In this document: positions 1-10,102 of the stretch, piece after piece | How the letters are laid out: every line of letters starts with the position of its first letter | How positions within the stretch are numbered: the stretch's first letter is position 1 | Source: a virus | Lineage: Duplodnaviria; Caudoviricetes | DNA length: 56,544 bases | Strand: one strand, 5' to 3' | Virus record (IMG/VR): IMGVR_UViG_3300042987_000761 | Span: 1 to 56,544 of that record | The notes under the pieces: model-generated | Database searches by the model: none | What the model saw: only the letters and a program-made list of their open reading frames with translations | What the model was told of the DNA's origin: nothing | Program-made: the position numbers and the translations under genes

Positions 1-2914
1 GTCCTACATACGTTAAATCACCCGGCCCAATAATACCAGTTGTACCTGTCGTTCCCGTGGTACCTGTCGTTCCGGTAGTTCCGGTAGTTCCCGTGGTACC
101 TGTCGTTCCGGTAGTTCCGGTAGTTCCGGTAGTTCCGGTAGTTCCGGTAGTTCCGGTAGTACCTGTTGTTCCGGTAGTACCTGTTGTTCCGGTAGTACCT
201 GTTGTTCCGGTAGTACCCGATATAATACCCGGCATGACTACACCGAGATTTAAATCTAAATCTTCACTATCGTCTTTCTTTATGTCTGTTGGCTCTTCAG
301 GTTTATTAGTGATATCTTTAGTCTTGGTGAAAATCGTATCTTTACTATCGCTGGGTATTTCAAGACCGATTCGCTGAGCATCAGCGGGGTCTATCGCAAC
401 TGGCACTCCATCGGAGATTCTGAAAAAGCTGGCGTCTGAACCGCCTATCTTGCTGCCTTCGAGAACCTGATATTCGTACTGCTTGGTCTTTTGATCGTAT
501 ATTTGTGCGTAGGTTAATTTTGATCCATCAGGGAGTGTGCGCTCAACGAATTGGCCCTGAATAGGGTTGTCCTGCGCGTCGGTGTAGGACATCAAGCCGT
601 GCTCACCGCGTGTTCCTTTAAATTCGCCGATTACCACGTCGGTGTCGGCTTTGCCAAACAAATCACCGTATTGTATTTTGCCCGTGGCATCGTAACCGGC
701 CAGTTCAGCACCTACTTGAGTCTTGTAGTAGTCATCCACATTTTTGTATGTATCGGACAGATCCGAGACTAGATTTTCTCCTATCGGCGTACCGGTAATC
801 AGCGAACGACTGATAGAATCCGCAGCACCTGCGGCATAGGTAGCCGCTCTGCCGAATTTATCAGGATCCAAATCCGCTACGAATTGTTTAACTTTATCTT
901 TAGCTTGTGCGCCGACGAATGTAGCCGCGAGTGTTAGACCAAATGTCTCTAGAGGATCTTGGTTACCGAGCACCGCTGCGTTGAATCCTGCTGCCAGTGA
1001 TGAAGATATTGCATTCTCAACGGTTTTGGTGGATACCCCAGCTGCATCAGCGAGTTGCTTGATCCTAGTCGCACCTAAAGCCTCATCACCGGCACCCAAT
1101 ACATTTGAGGCTATGGGACCGGACATTGATTGCGCGAACCCGCCAACACCACCAACGATTGCACCTTTGACAGGATCGGCACCCACCAATGCATTAATAC
1201 CAGCATTGAATAAAGCACTACCCACGACATTCGCGGCAGTGCCGGACATTCCAATCGCGGTGCCGATTGCTTGACCCACACCCGGAAAGAACATGGGGAT
1301 CGCCATCGCGATCGTTGCAACCGCGTTGCTCTTGACTTGGTAAGGCGCGTTGTAATAAGTCGGGTCACCTTGTGGCACCAATTTATCACCCATCGCCTTA
1401 TACAATATCGATGCGTGATTGCCGGTGATATCCGGACGGTTCACCGCAGCTGAATCTTGCGGCGCAGTACCCACGGCACCGGACACTCTGTAAAAATCAC
1501 GCGTTCTTTCAGAGACCGCATCATAAAGCGCATTGCGATCAATCTCTGACGACGCTGGTCCATATTGGTATTTGATTTCACGCTTGAAATCATCAGGATT
1601 AATGCCTACCGCTCTCGCCAGTCCTTCGAGGTCCCCGGTGATCTGAGTGGTACCACCCATCGCTGGAACATTACGTTCAACACCGAATGCAGCGTTACCG
1701 CGAGCATATTGAGCGCTGTCCGACGCCGTGTCCCAACCCAGTGCGTTGTCATCGTTTACTGGATCGCCACCACCGATCATGTTAGTTCCGGCGGGTTGAA
1801 ACGCTTTGTCACTGTCGATCAGCTGGTCTAATATCCCGCGATTCAGAATCGGCATGCCATTCACGTTGCCGTATTGACCGCCGACACCGCGACCGGGCTT
1901 GTCGATCGGATCGCCGAGCGGAGTGAATACCGGCCCAAAATAATCACGTACCTGATCGTCTCGTAAGCCTGTCGCGCGAGCGACATCAGCACCAGTCAAA
2001 CCTTTAGATGCTGCATATTCCGCGATCTTGAATGGGTTATCTTCGTTCTCGTAAAAGAAATTATGTACATCACGACCGGAGATGTCTTTGTTTGCACCGA
2101 ACTTCAAGTCGCCGGTCATGTCGTACGAGAATCGACGAGCCATATCGGTCGGCGTGAGTTCACCTGACTTTAACTTTTCCGTCCAATACTGGAATCCGCC
2201 CGGATCGATGTTTTCGGCTCCGGTACCGAGTCCTGCACGACCATATAATCCGTAAATGGCTGCGGCTTGCTCTTCAGGAGTCTTCGGCACCCCAGCAGCA
2301 ACGTCAAATGCAGACACGAATTGATCGGGCGATATGCGGCCACTTTCAAGTTCACCAAGCCAATAATCATAACCCGGCTGGTCGATTGATGTCACGCCGG
2401 TGCCAATACCTGCTCTGCCCAAAACCCCGTATTGTTGCTGTATCAGACGATCTGCAGCAGTCCTATTCAATCCGGCGGTAATTGGTTGGATAGTCGGTGC
2501 GGTGCTTACTGTGGCTAGATTACTCGGTAGAGGACCAGCACTCTGCGTGATAACCGGCCCACCAAGTAAATTAATGGCAGGTGATTGAAGATTTCCACCG
2601 ACGTCAACAGGCGCTGGGGGACCCATAACATCTACCGGCCCACTATAACTCAGCGTTGGGGGCGTGGTGGCGGTTTGCGCTACTGACAATGGTGAGCTAC
2701 CAGATGATGCTACTGACAATGGTGAGCTACTAGATGATGCTACTGACAATGGTGCGGCTTGCGTTATCGGAGCAGAAGATGAGGCGTTTCTTGCTGCTTC
2801 TATCGCGGCTACTTCACGCATGATTGATTGCGCCTGCGCTAATCGCTGAGCACCGTCGGGTAGGCTGGCGAAGTAAGCTGCCGCTGCCGGATCTATATCT
2901 AAGGTAGGCGTCAT
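1..2914 (-). CDS. Very large internal virion/ejection protein, N-terminal part (971 codons, open at the left edge; missing from the ORF track)
   Basis: ATG at 2914 ([21 protein letters not shown]...). No stop seen in frame, which explains its absence from the track. It ends ...(GTT)[13 protein letters not shown] at the window edge and probably continues in 55651..56544. Confidence 0.8.
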   Translation of the reverse strand, partial: MTPTLDIDPAAAAYFASLPDGAQRLAQAQSIMREVAAIEAARNASSSAPITQAAPLSVASSSSSPLSVASSGSSPLSVAQTATTPPTLSYSGPVDVMGPPAPVDVGGNLQSPAINLLGGPVITQSAGPLPSNLATVSTAPTIQPITAGLNRTAADRLIQQQYGVLGRAGIGTGVTSIDQPGYDYWLGELESGRISPDQFVSAFDVAAGVPKTPEEQAAAIYGLYGRAGLGTGAENIDPGGFQYWTEKLKSGELTPTDMARRFSYDMTGDLKFGANKDISGRDVHNFFYENEDNPFKIAEYAASKGLTGADVARATGLRDDQVRDYFGPVFTPLGDPIDKPGRGVGGQYGNVNGMPILNRGILDQLIDSDKAFQPAGTNMIGGGDPVNDDNALGWDTASDSAQYARGNAAFGVERNVPAMGGTTQITGDLEGLARAVGINPDDFKREIKYQYGPASSEIDRNALYDAVSERTRDFYRVSGAVGTAPQDSAAVNRPDITGNHASILYKAMGDKLVPQGDPTYYNAPYQVKSNAVATIAMAIPMFFPGVGQAIGTAIGMSGTAANVVGSALFNAGINALVGADPVKGAIVGGVGGFAQSMSGPIASNVLGAGDEALGATRIKQLADAAGVSTKTVENAISSSLAAGFNAAVLGNQDPLETFGLTLAATFVGAQAKDKVKQFVADLDPDKFGRAATYAAGAADSISRSLITGTPIGENLVSDLSDTYKNVDDYYKTQVGAELAGYDATGKIQYGDLFGKADTDVVIGEFKGTRGEHGLMSYTDAQDNPIQGQFVERTLPDGSKLTYAQIYDQKTKQYEYQVLEGSKIGGSDASFFRISDGVPVAIDPADAQRIGLEIPSDSKDTIFTKTKDITNKPEEPTDIKKDDSEDLDLNLGVVMPGIISGTTGTTGTTGTTGTTGTTGTTGTTGTTGTTGTTGTTGTTGTTGTTGTTGTTGTTGTTGTTGIIGPGDLTYVG
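35..219. repeat. Degenerate 9-bp tandem repeat (ccggtagtt / cctgttgtt), about 20 units, encoding Gly-Thr-Thr repeats on the - strand
   Basis: Directly visible; translates as TTGTTG in the 2914->1 frame. Confidence 0.95.
2680..2754. repeat. 30-bp tandem repeat, about 2.5 copies (encodes PLSVASS[S/G]SS)
   Basis: tactgacaatggtgagctac[c/t]agatgatgc repeated. Confidence 0.9.
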
Positions 2915-2924
2915 TTCTAAACCT

Positions 2925-3173
2925 TTACATTCTAGGGCTTATAATGCCCACCAATGCCTCTGCCCAATTTTCCCAATCGTCGTATTGATACGGATCAGGA
3001 ATCCCCTCGTTCGTGAATACATCTATAGCTTTAAGTCCCGCTGCCCAGTCTTTCCATTTCGTACTTGCTGTAGGAATAGACAAATTCTGTGCCGCGTATA
3101 GTTCGACCATTAGAGATGCCCAAGATTCGAATGTGTGATATCGTGGGTCATAAATAATAGCGACGTCAGTCAT
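2925..3173 (-). CDS. Small Trp-rich conserved virion-module protein
   Basis: 82 aa, overlaps the upstream tail gene stop. Confidence 0.75.
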   Translation of the reverse strand: MTDVAIIYDPRYHTFESWASLMVELYAAQNLSIPTASTKWKDWAAGLKAIDVFTNEGIPDPYQYDDWENWAEALVGIISPRM

Positions 3174-5149
3174 TAGTAACCTCTCACATCACCGATATCA
3201 GCATTTAGCAAAATGCGACCGGTTTGATATGTACCACCCACCACGTTCGATACAAAGCGGAGTCTCAATTCACGCCGTTGTTCCTTCATGTCGATTTTAT
3301 TCGTGTTTGCATCAAATACGTATGCGCTAGACACTTGGTCTTGTGACTGAGCGTATGGCCTACCGGTTACATATAATGACATTTCTCCGGTCATAATAAA
3401 ATCAGGCTCTACCCTTTCCAGTCTTAACCAGTTATTATCTCCGACTAACGATGGCTGGGACGGACCTCCTGATACCAGACCTAGATCGTTGGTCTCAAAA
3501 TAGCTCTCTATCGCGTATGGGATGTTATTTCGGATCTCATCATTACCAAATTCGTGTTGCCACAGAGATACATAACTCTGGGTGAAATCAACCGTTACTT
3601 GAAAATTCGACCCGCCCGGAATCACTGCAGATAAAACGTCTCCAGCGGTATAAGAGAGGCCTCTATCATCAAGTATCACGGCGGTTACAACACCACCAAC
3701 CACCGTGATGCTTGCGGTCGCACCGGATCCCGTGCCACCGGTTAATGGCAGGTAAGGATATGATCCGTCTGTATATCCCGATCCGGCGTTGCTTAAGGTC
3801 AGGGTACCTATAGCCCCCACACCATTTATGGTGGTTCCAGCGTTTATCGGGTATTGAAATACTTGCGAGAAATAACCCGCTGATCTACCAGCACCTGATG
3901 CTTGACCAGCATCATACCACTTCTGTTCACGCACATTGTATATGATAGCGTCGTTACATTCAGTCGAAGACCCACGTGGATAGAACCACCAAATCTCTCC
4001 GTACCGAGGAACTTTCGTCGCATAAATCTTCTGACGCTGCGAGTAATTTAAGTTATCGAAGAAGTAATTCTGATTAAAATCATTCTCGATCTCTTTGACC
4101 ACACCATTGTAAAGCAAGAAGCGGTCAACGCCACACCAATAATATATACCGTCATATTCGATGACTGATTGGGAAGAAATAATCGAAGACTGGCTCGATA
4201 TAATGTCGTATCGCCAATATTGAGCCGGAGTGCCGACGCCGCCAATAAATGACACGCGCACTAAACTGTCCAAGCTCCAAAACAAGCCAGACGGCGCGTT
4301 ACTACCACCACGCACTGGTAATCCTTTAACGATTTTACCAGTCGCAACGTTGGTTTCATTAGCATCGGCGGACACCCAATCATTAATATTACCCGCTGAG
4401 CAGTTTTTAATCAGCCCATCATTACCGTATATAAACACATATGGATGCAGCACTGCTACCCCACCAGACACCGATATGTTGTTGTCGAACGTAGCAGTGA
4501 TCGTAGCAGAAGCGCTCGCGTTAGCAGACATGGTTACAGTCGTACTGACCACAGACACTACTGTAGTTCCACTCGGGATACCGGTGCCGGATATTGTCTG
4601 ACCCGCCCCGATCAAGATATTCGCGGCAGCAAGAGTTACTGTATTCAGACCGATCGTGGTGGTAACAGTATCTGTAAACACCCCTATCTTCGATAATGAA
4701 GTGCCGGTAATAGGACCCGCTAGAACCGGAGTGTTGAAGGTACTGTCAATGTACTGGAGATTATGACCGGGGTGTGCTAATAAAGTCGCAGCACCACCCG
4801 CAATGTCTGTGAACGAATCGAATTGCCATAAATTTAAATTATCAGGCACGAAATCAGACAACGTAAGATCTATAAGTCCTGAACCCACGCCGTTATTATT
4901 TACTGACAGCGACTGAACACCATCGCGATACCCGTTGAACACTATTGAGAATGCATTCTGCGGTGTTACGTATATACCCCTCGATAGTCCAGCTAAATCA
5001 TTTACTATTTCTCGATAACCACCCATCTTCCGTGGTCGATTTCGCTGAAACCGCACCCACCGCCCATCTGAATAAAATTGTTTATCAAAAACCGTACCAT
5101 CGCGTTGAATTCCAGCGATAGTATCCAATGCGAATACCTTAGCGGTCAT
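3173..5149 (-). CDS. Tail tubular/nozzle (DNA stabilization-like) protein with Gly/Thr-rich beta insertions
   Basis: 658 aa; N-terminal WVRFQRNRPRKMGG, EIWWFYP and YNVREQKW motifs typical of podoviral tail stabilization proteins; position. Confidence 0.7.
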   Translation of the reverse strand: MTAKVFALDTIAGIQRDGTVFDKQFYSDGRWVRFQRNRPRKMGGYREIVNDLAGLSRGIYVTPQNAFSIVFNGYRDGVQSLSVNNNGVGSGLIDLTLSDFVPDNLNLWQFDSFTDIAGGAATLLAHPGHNLQYIDSTFNTPVLAGPITGTSLSKIGVFTDTVTTTIGLNTVTLAAANILIGAGQTISGTGIPSGTTVVSVVSTTVTMSANASASATITATFDNNISVSGGVAVLHPYVFIYGNDGLIKNCSAGNINDWVSADANETNVATGKIVKGLPVRGGSNAPSGLFWSLDSLVRVSFIGGVGTPAQYWRYDIISSQSSIISSQSVIEYDGIYYWCGVDRFLLYNGVVKEIENDFNQNYFFDNLNYSQRQKIYATKVPRYGEIWWFYPRGSSTECNDAIIYNVREQKWYDAGQASGAGRSAGYFSQVFQYPINAGTTINGVGAIGTLTLSNAGSGYTDGSYPYLPLTGGTGSGATASITVVGGVVTAVILDDRGLSYTAGDVLSAVIPGGSNFQVTVDFTQSYVSLWQHEFGNDEIRNNIPYAIESYFETNDLGLVSGGPSQPSLVGDNNWLRLERVEPDFIMTGEMSLYVTGRPYAQSQDQVSSAYVFDANTNKIDMKEQRRELRLRFVSNVVGGTYQTGRILLNADIGDVRGY

Positions 5150-6387
5150 GAGAACACGCCTCCGGTAATGCCCTGAGTGAATGTGCCAGTACCAGTAACC
5201 TCTATCCCGTTGGCGTCTACATCGACGATCTGATTAGTAAGCACTGTAATCCCGAATCGACCCACTCCCGGCCTAAATACACCAGTATTAGTTTCATTTG
5301 CGAAATATAGAGACGGATTGGCTGCTGATCCATTAACTAGCGAGAAACTACTAGCGCCCGACTGCACGGTGTTTGCGTTAAAAAAGTTCGTACCATCGCA
5401 AATCAATGTTGAGCTTTGGCCAGCAGGTACAACGGCGTCTGCACCACCCGGAGCACCCGTGGTGATAGTAAGCGAAAAACCATTACTGGTGACGGTGTTA
5501 TAAATTACGTAGAAGCTCACGACTGGTGGATAAGTGACCACCACGGCACTTGATAAATTACCCACATATTCATGAATGAGGTTCGACGCTTCATTAGCAG
5601 TAAGAGTGTAAGCTCCTCCGGTGACCGATTTTACTAATGCAGAAAAATTATAAGTGGTGCTGCGGCCAAATCCAACAGTCACAAAAGCGGTACCAGTACA
5701 TAATATGAATGCCGAATCTGCTGGCTGGAACGTTTTCGTGGGAAGTCCGTCTATTAATTCACCACCCGTGGTGTTAACCACTAAAGTACCAGTGCCATTG
5801 TTCTTAAGTAATGTAAACCAGTTATTCCCTAAAGTCGTGGCAGCAGGCAGAGTAGCAGACCCAGCACCACTCGCATATACTAAAGTAGATGCCCGATCGG
5901 TCGCCACAAATGTGTAGCCACTTGATATATTGCTAGTTGGGTGCGATTGATTCAGAGTGGCACCAGAAGCAAGAAGTCCTAGCCCGGCGAGACTTGACGC
6001 ATCAGGTGAAGATGTACCAACACCGAAAGCAATGATACCCCAAGTACCTGCCTCGGTCGCATTGGCGGTAATGTAGATATAGCGGGTTTGGCCGGCAGTG
6101 ATAGATGCTATCGTATTACCATCAAAATCTGCTACTGTAAAAGTGTTAGCCCCAGTATTTCGGATGAGTGCATCATTCCCAACCGATGTCTGGTTTGCCG
6201 GTGGCATTCGCAATGTTAGCGATCCTACGGTTGCGTTCACATCCATTATGCGAGCCGCGTAGTTCGGCGTCGCGTTGCCGTTGATGGGCCAAGAAAGTGT
6301 GGTGTTCGCGGATAAAGTTACAGACCGATAAGCTACATCTGTCGGCTGGATGACCTGACCGGTGAATGGAGAAACGTAGGATGTCAT
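5146..6387 (-). CDS. Tail protein / fibre-like protein
   Basis: 413 aa, Thr/Gly/Ala-rich; GSAANPSLYFANETNTGVFR motif common in tail fibres. Confidence 0.65.
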   Translation of the reverse strand: MTSYVSPFTGQVIQPTDVAYRSVTLSANTTLSWPINGNATPNYAARIMDVNATVGSLTLRMPPANQTSVGNDALIRNTGANTFTVADFDGNTIASITAGQTRYIYITANATEAGTWGIIAFGVGTSSPDASSLAGLGLLASGATLNQSHPTSNISSGYTFVATDRASTLVYASGAGSATLPAATTLGNNWFTLLKNNGTGTLVVNTTGGELIDGLPTKTFQPADSAFILCTGTAFVTVGFGRSTTYNFSALVKSVTGGAYTLTANEASNLIHEYVGNLSSAVVVTYPPVVSFYVIYNTVTSNGFSLTITTGAPGGADAVVPAGQSSTLICDGTNFFNANTVQSGASSFSLVNGSAANPSLYFANETNTGVFRPGVGRFGITVLTNQIVDVDANGIEVTGTGTFTQGITGGVFS

Positions 6388-7020
6388 GTATCAAGCACCG
6401 TAGCTTGGCGGTCACCAATGCGGGTGACGTCTTCGTTTTTAAGAGACGCTATCACTTGCGTGTACATAGCCTGCCATAGTGCTACCCGCGAGTCATTCTT
6501 AAGGAATGGCATTGCTTGTAACAAAGAACCATAAAGCATCGCCTGAGGAGCATATTCCGTAAACCAGTTTGACTGATTTGAAGAATCTAACGGTTGAACT
6601 CGCTCGTAATACAATACTTCAAAGTCATAATTGGCGTCCGGCGTTGGACCGACGATCCAGTTTTCAAAGTCATAATCCCCATAGTACAGCGGTGTATCTT
6701 GGCTTGAAGGATTATCAGCATATTCACGGATATACTCATACTTCCTCAGAAATACCGGTTGACGCACACCATTCACGGTGATATTCATCGATACCGTTTT
6801 GCGCCACCGAGCTGGCTTCGCGATGATGGCGGTTCCTTGAACCATCTGAGCGGTCTGCACCGTTAGATTTCCGAGGAATTTGATGTCTGACGCCAGCGTT
6901 TGCTCGGCGAGCATAATGAAAGTAGGAATTTTGTCTACCGTTGCGGTGTCGGTACGCTCCAGATAGCTCTGGATATCGGCCACCAACGAATTGTATGTCA
7001 TCACCGCTGCAGCTGGCATG
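6384..7020 (-). CDS. Head-tail adaptor / tail tubular protein A-like
   Basis: TYNSLVADIQSYLER, GPTPDANY, NWFTEYAPQAMLYGSLLQA motifs; probable start MPAAAV near 7019-7020. Confidence 0.7.
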
Positions 7021-7092
7021 ATGGTCCTTTCGTATCGAAGCAACGGGGTATCATATTATATCACGCCTTTTGTATATCGGCAATTCAAGGAA

Positions 7093-7638
7093 TCACTGTT
7101 TTACACTATCGGCCAGCATCTGCCTTACTTGGTTATACTGTCTGACGCACTGGTCGTAGTCGGCTTGGAGCTTTGCGGCTGAGGCACTGTACCCTGCAAG
7201 AAACTCTCCATCTCGGCGAGCCAATTCCGCTCCTGAGGCTGCGACGCAAGCGGGGGTGGTACTGGACACGGTACTTGGGTTACTGGGGCGCTCGGGACGC
7301 TCCGGCCTGTTGCGCAGGCTGCTAGAAAGAGAGGCAAAACGGCTATTAATCTTTTGTATTTCACGATCCTTCTCCAGTCGTATATGTTCGGCCTCATTTT
7401 GCATAATCTGCTCTTTTTTCCGAGCAAGTTCTATTTCTCGGGCGCGGTCTTCTGCTAATTTTCGCATTTGCTCATCCCACTGCTGCTGGACGAACCCTTG
7501 ACCGGCATTATAACCTTTATAATACGAGGCTGAAGCCACCGCCACCAAAGCTACGACCATCGCGAGGAGTTTATACGGATTCATTTCGGGGGTACTTTTG
7601 TACCGTCGAGCTTCTGATGAATCTTTACGTCCCGACAC
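7093..7638 (-). CDS. Rz-like inner-membrane spanin
   Basis: N-terminal TM (LLAMVVALVAVASASYY) followed by coiled coil and C-terminal Cys; true start probably MNPYK. Confidence 0.75.
   Translation of the reverse strand: MSGRKDSSEARRYKSTPEMNPYKLLAMVVALVAVASASYYKGYNAGQGFVQQQWDEQMRKLAEDRAREIELARKKEQIMQNEAEHIRLEKDREIQKINSRFASLSSSLRNRPERPERPSNPSTVSSTTPACVAASGAELARRDGEFLAGYSASAAKLQADYDQCVRQYNQVRQMLADSVKQ
7125..7364 (-). CDS. Rz1-like outer-membrane spanin lipoprotein, fully embedded in Rz
   Basis: GTG at 7364 after GGAGAAGGA; signal peptide KYKRLIAVLPLF with lipobox LAAC; Pro-rich mature part; alternative frame inside Rz. Confidence 0.8.
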   Translation of the reverse strand: MKYKRLIAVLPLFLAACATGRSVPSAPVTQVPCPVPPPLASQPQERNWLAEMESFLQGTVPQPQSSKPTTTSASDSITK

Positions 7639-7769
7639 ACCTTAACCACCTTCCCTTTTTTATCCTTCTCTTCGTGACACACTTTCTTGGTTTCAGCAGC
7701 GTGGATCTGAAATACTAAAAACAGGCTTAATAGAACGGTCGCAATCATGCGGGAATATAGCAGGATCAT
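7581..7769 (-). CDS. Small secreted protein in the lysis cassette
   Basis: Signal peptide ending IHA, basic mature part with two Cys. Confidence 0.6.
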   Translation of the reverse strand: MILLYSRMIATVLLSLFLVFQIHAAETKKVCHEEKDKKGKVVKVCRDVKIHQKLDGTKVPPK

Positions 7770-8263
7770 GTTATCTCCGGGTGGGGTGGTTGAACAGGGG
7801 CGGGTTTACCGTTATAACCGGTGGACACTGGCGCACCCGCAGATACCGGATCTAGGGTAGGTTCATTCCTTGCCCAATCCGGTGCAGTACCCTTGCTGGT
7901 CCATGTTTCACGTGAACCGCCTGACGATTTCGGTGCCGGTTGTGGCTTGTCTTCGCGCTCTTCTTTGGTGCTCAGATTAGGCGGCACGAACTGCGGAAGA
8001 GCGTCTTTTCCTTTTACCGCCAATAATGTCGCAAGGGATCCTAGGATGTACTTCGACATATCCGACAGGATGAGAAAAAATTGTTTATCGGCAGGAGCCA
8101 TCCCAGACATCGGTTGAGTGACGAACACGACCGAATACAGGCTAACACCCACCATGATGATAACTGTGCAGCAAAAGGTGATCGCGATGCAGAACTTAAT
8201 TACCGCATCGTGTTGTTCCTGTGTCAGGGCAAGAAATTGGCTGATTAGCTTTAGCGGGTTCAT
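7766..8263 (-). CDS. Two-TM membrane protein (holin-like)
   Basis: Two hydrophobic helices and a Pro-rich tail; in the lysis cassette. Confidence 0.6.
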   Translation of the reverse strand: MNPLKLISQFLALTQEQHDAVIKFCIAITFCCTVIIMVGVSLYSVVFVTQPMSGMAPADKQFFLILSDMSKYILGSLATLLAVKGKDALPQFVPPNLSTKEEREDKPQPAPKSSGGSRETWTSKGTAPDWARNEPTLDPVSAGAPVSTGYNGKPAPVQPPHPEIT

Positions 8264-8447
8264 TCTGCTCTACCTTTGCATCCTCGGGTTTAGTCAGCTG
8301 ATCGGGGCAAGTTCCGGTGCTGCTGCAATATGGCCTTTTGCATTCTTTCTTCTCCCAGTTCTCTGGATCCTGACACGGGTACCTGAAACGGTCACACCCG
8401 TTAAGCCATACGACCACCAGAATCAATAATATTAAGCGCAACCGCAT
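8196..8447 (-). CDS. Cys-rich lipoprotein in the lysis cassette
   Basis: MRLRLILLILVVVWLNGC lipobox, then DRFRYPCQDPENW...C...C...C. Confidence 0.65.
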   Translation of the reverse strand: MRLRLILLILVVVWLNGCDRFRYPCQDPENWEKKECKRPYCSSTGTCPDQLTKPEDAKVEQNEPAKANQPISCPDTGTTRCGN

Positions 8448-9054
8448 AATGATGTTCCCTATCTTTGAGTCCAATAGTACCACCGTTGATACGTTTTGTC
8501 ATGGTCATGATATCCGCGTCATCGGCCAGCTTGTTCAGTTTATTAGTCTCCCAAAACCAGCATGCACTTTGAGCAGCCCCTTCAAAGGTCTGGGTATATT
8601 CGGCGGCTTCTTCAGGTGTTATCTCCAGTGATGACGCGAACCAGAAGTAATTATCTTTTCCGGTCAGCTGAATCAAACCGCGACCACGGTACCGATACCC
8701 ATCTCCGGAAGCCTCATCACCATTACCCATGCGGTTGGCGTATACTCGATTTGCGATCTTTTCGGGCGACCGAGCGTAGGCCTTGGCGGTCACTTCATCT
8801 TTGAAGTATTTCTCAAATGTTTTCATCAGACCAGAGGCGCTATAATTCAGATTCTCGCTTAGAAATACAAAACCGCCTGATTCGTGGGCGCATTGCGCAA
8901 TGAATGCGGCGATCCTTTTTGGGGTGTTTATCTCATACTCTTCTAGCAGAGATCTACCATTTAGTTCGGTTTGCGGCCCAAATAACGTGTCGAACCACTG
9001 ATCACCATATTTACTGTTTGGTATAAATTTCTTGAATGCCTGACGGGTGATCAT
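8401..9054 (-). CDS. Endolysin, glycoside hydrolase family 19 (chitinase-like)
   Basis: AAFIAQCAHESGG, YRGRGLIQLTGKDNY, TKRINGG motifs. Confidence 0.92.
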   Translation of the reverse strand: MITRQAFKKFIPNSKYGDQWFDTLFGPQTELNGRSLLEEYEINTPKRIAAFIAQCAHESGGFVFLSENLNYSASGLMKTFEKYFKDEVTAKAYARSPEKIANRVYANRMGNGDEASGDGYRYRGRGLIQLTGKDNYFWFASSLEITPEEAAEYTQTFEGAAQSACWFWETNKLNKLADDADIMTMTKRINGGTIGLKDREHHYAVALNIIDSGGRMA

Positions 9055-9356
9055 TGTCCGTACATCCTTTCAATCTGTATTTCTTTGCGCAGTTCCCGCA
9101 TCTTCTTGACTTCTTGCACCGCCGCTTGTGTCGCGTAATACATGTCGTAGTACATAAAAGCTAACACCGGCATCACAATGAAAAACATCAGCAGTACAGC
9201 CAGCACTACCACGATAAGTGACCAAGGTACATCCTCTGGATTGCGCTTTTCGTTGTCAGCCACATTAGGAACCCCGCCCAAACTACTACGAAAATTACTG
9301 CTGAAACCCACACCGCTTTTGCCCTGAGTTCCGCTATTCTTCTTTTGCGTCGCCAT
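9051..9356 (-). CDS. Single-TM membrane protein (holin/antiholin candidate)
   Basis: TM WSLIVVVLAVLLMFFIVMPVLAF; true start probably the GTG near 9263. Confidence 0.6.
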   Translation of the reverse strand: MATQKKNSGTQGKSGVGFSSNFRSSLGGVPNVADNEKRNPEDVPWSLIVVVLAVLLMFFIVMPVLAFMYYDMYYATQAAVQEVKKMRELRKEIQIERMYGQ

Positions 9357-9901
9357 CTTGCTATCTGAGCTAACCTCAGTTCCTCTGCGTGGGCTACCTC
9401 CTGTTCAGCGACTATGCGCTGCCACATCTCTTCAAATTTGCTCCACAGACTACCTAACTCCGGCGGGGCTTTGTACACCATCGTCTCTCGAATTTCTGCC
9501 AACATCGCATCTAGCCTTGTCGTAATCAGAATCCGCCTTAACGCTCGTCGCCCGATACTTTCATCACCCTTGTATACCTGTTTGGCTTCTAGCTCTTCTT
9601 TCTGCAACGCCTTGTGGATTGCATCATAAGCATCCATCAATGTACCTAACTGATTGCCTATGTCGGTATACACATCTGCCGGATCAGTCTTGGCTATTTC
9701 TTGCACACGCTGGACTTCTGCGTGGTACTGCTGTTTCTGCGCTGGGGTTGGGTCTACGATCTTTTGATACTGCGACTTCAGATCGTCCAGCACATCCTTA
9801 ACTTCACCCGCCGCACCCTTAATCTCTTTGTAAAGCTGACAGCCCTTTTTTACAGCGGCAACAGCCGCATTTGCTGCGGCTAAAAGGGTAAGCGGGTCAA
9901 T
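9206..9901 (-). CDS. Coiled-coil protein with C-terminal TM; probable ATT start at 9901
   Basis: Frame is open upstream of the track start 9793 to ATT GAC CCG (IDPLTLLAAANAAVAAVKKG), with GGAG 6 nt upstream. Confidence 0.65.
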   Translation of the reverse strand: MDPLTLLAAANAAVAAVKKGCQLYKEIKGAAGEVKDVLDDLKSQYQKIVDPTPAQKQQYHAEVQRVQEIAKTDPADVYTDIGNQLGTLMDAYDAIHKALQKEELEAKQVYKGDESIGRRALRRILITTRLDAMLAEIRETMVYKAPPELGSLWSKFEEMWQRIVAEQEVAHAEELRLAQIARWRRKRRIAELRAKAVWVSAVIFVVVWAGFLMWLTTKSAIQRMYLGHLSW

Positions 9902-9904
9902 TTT

Positions 9905-10102
9905 TTACTCCGACGCATGCTCACTGGCTGGAGCCAAAGTTCCATCTTCTTGCAATACCCAGCCTATTTGCGTATCGGCATCGCAAGGGACAGAGCCTGC
10001 TAAAACATCAGGGTGAAAACAATCTTCAATAGCGAAGCCACCAACTGGACGAAGAATCTCGATTACTATGTTGTCTTTGATTCGCGCTCTCATGATTACC
10101 AC
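9905..10102 (-). CDS. Tail fibre assembly/chaperone-like small protein
   Basis: 65 aa; FHPD...C...QIGW motif; follows the Gly-rich fibre gene. Confidence 0.6.
   Translation of the reverse strand: MVIMRARIKDNIVIEILRPVGGFAIEDCFHPDVLAGSVPCDADTQIGWVLQEDGTLAPASEHASE

Noticed and set aside
57-377. + strand ORF with (VPV)n
   Set aside because: Antisense shadow of the (GTT)n tract in the real - strand gene
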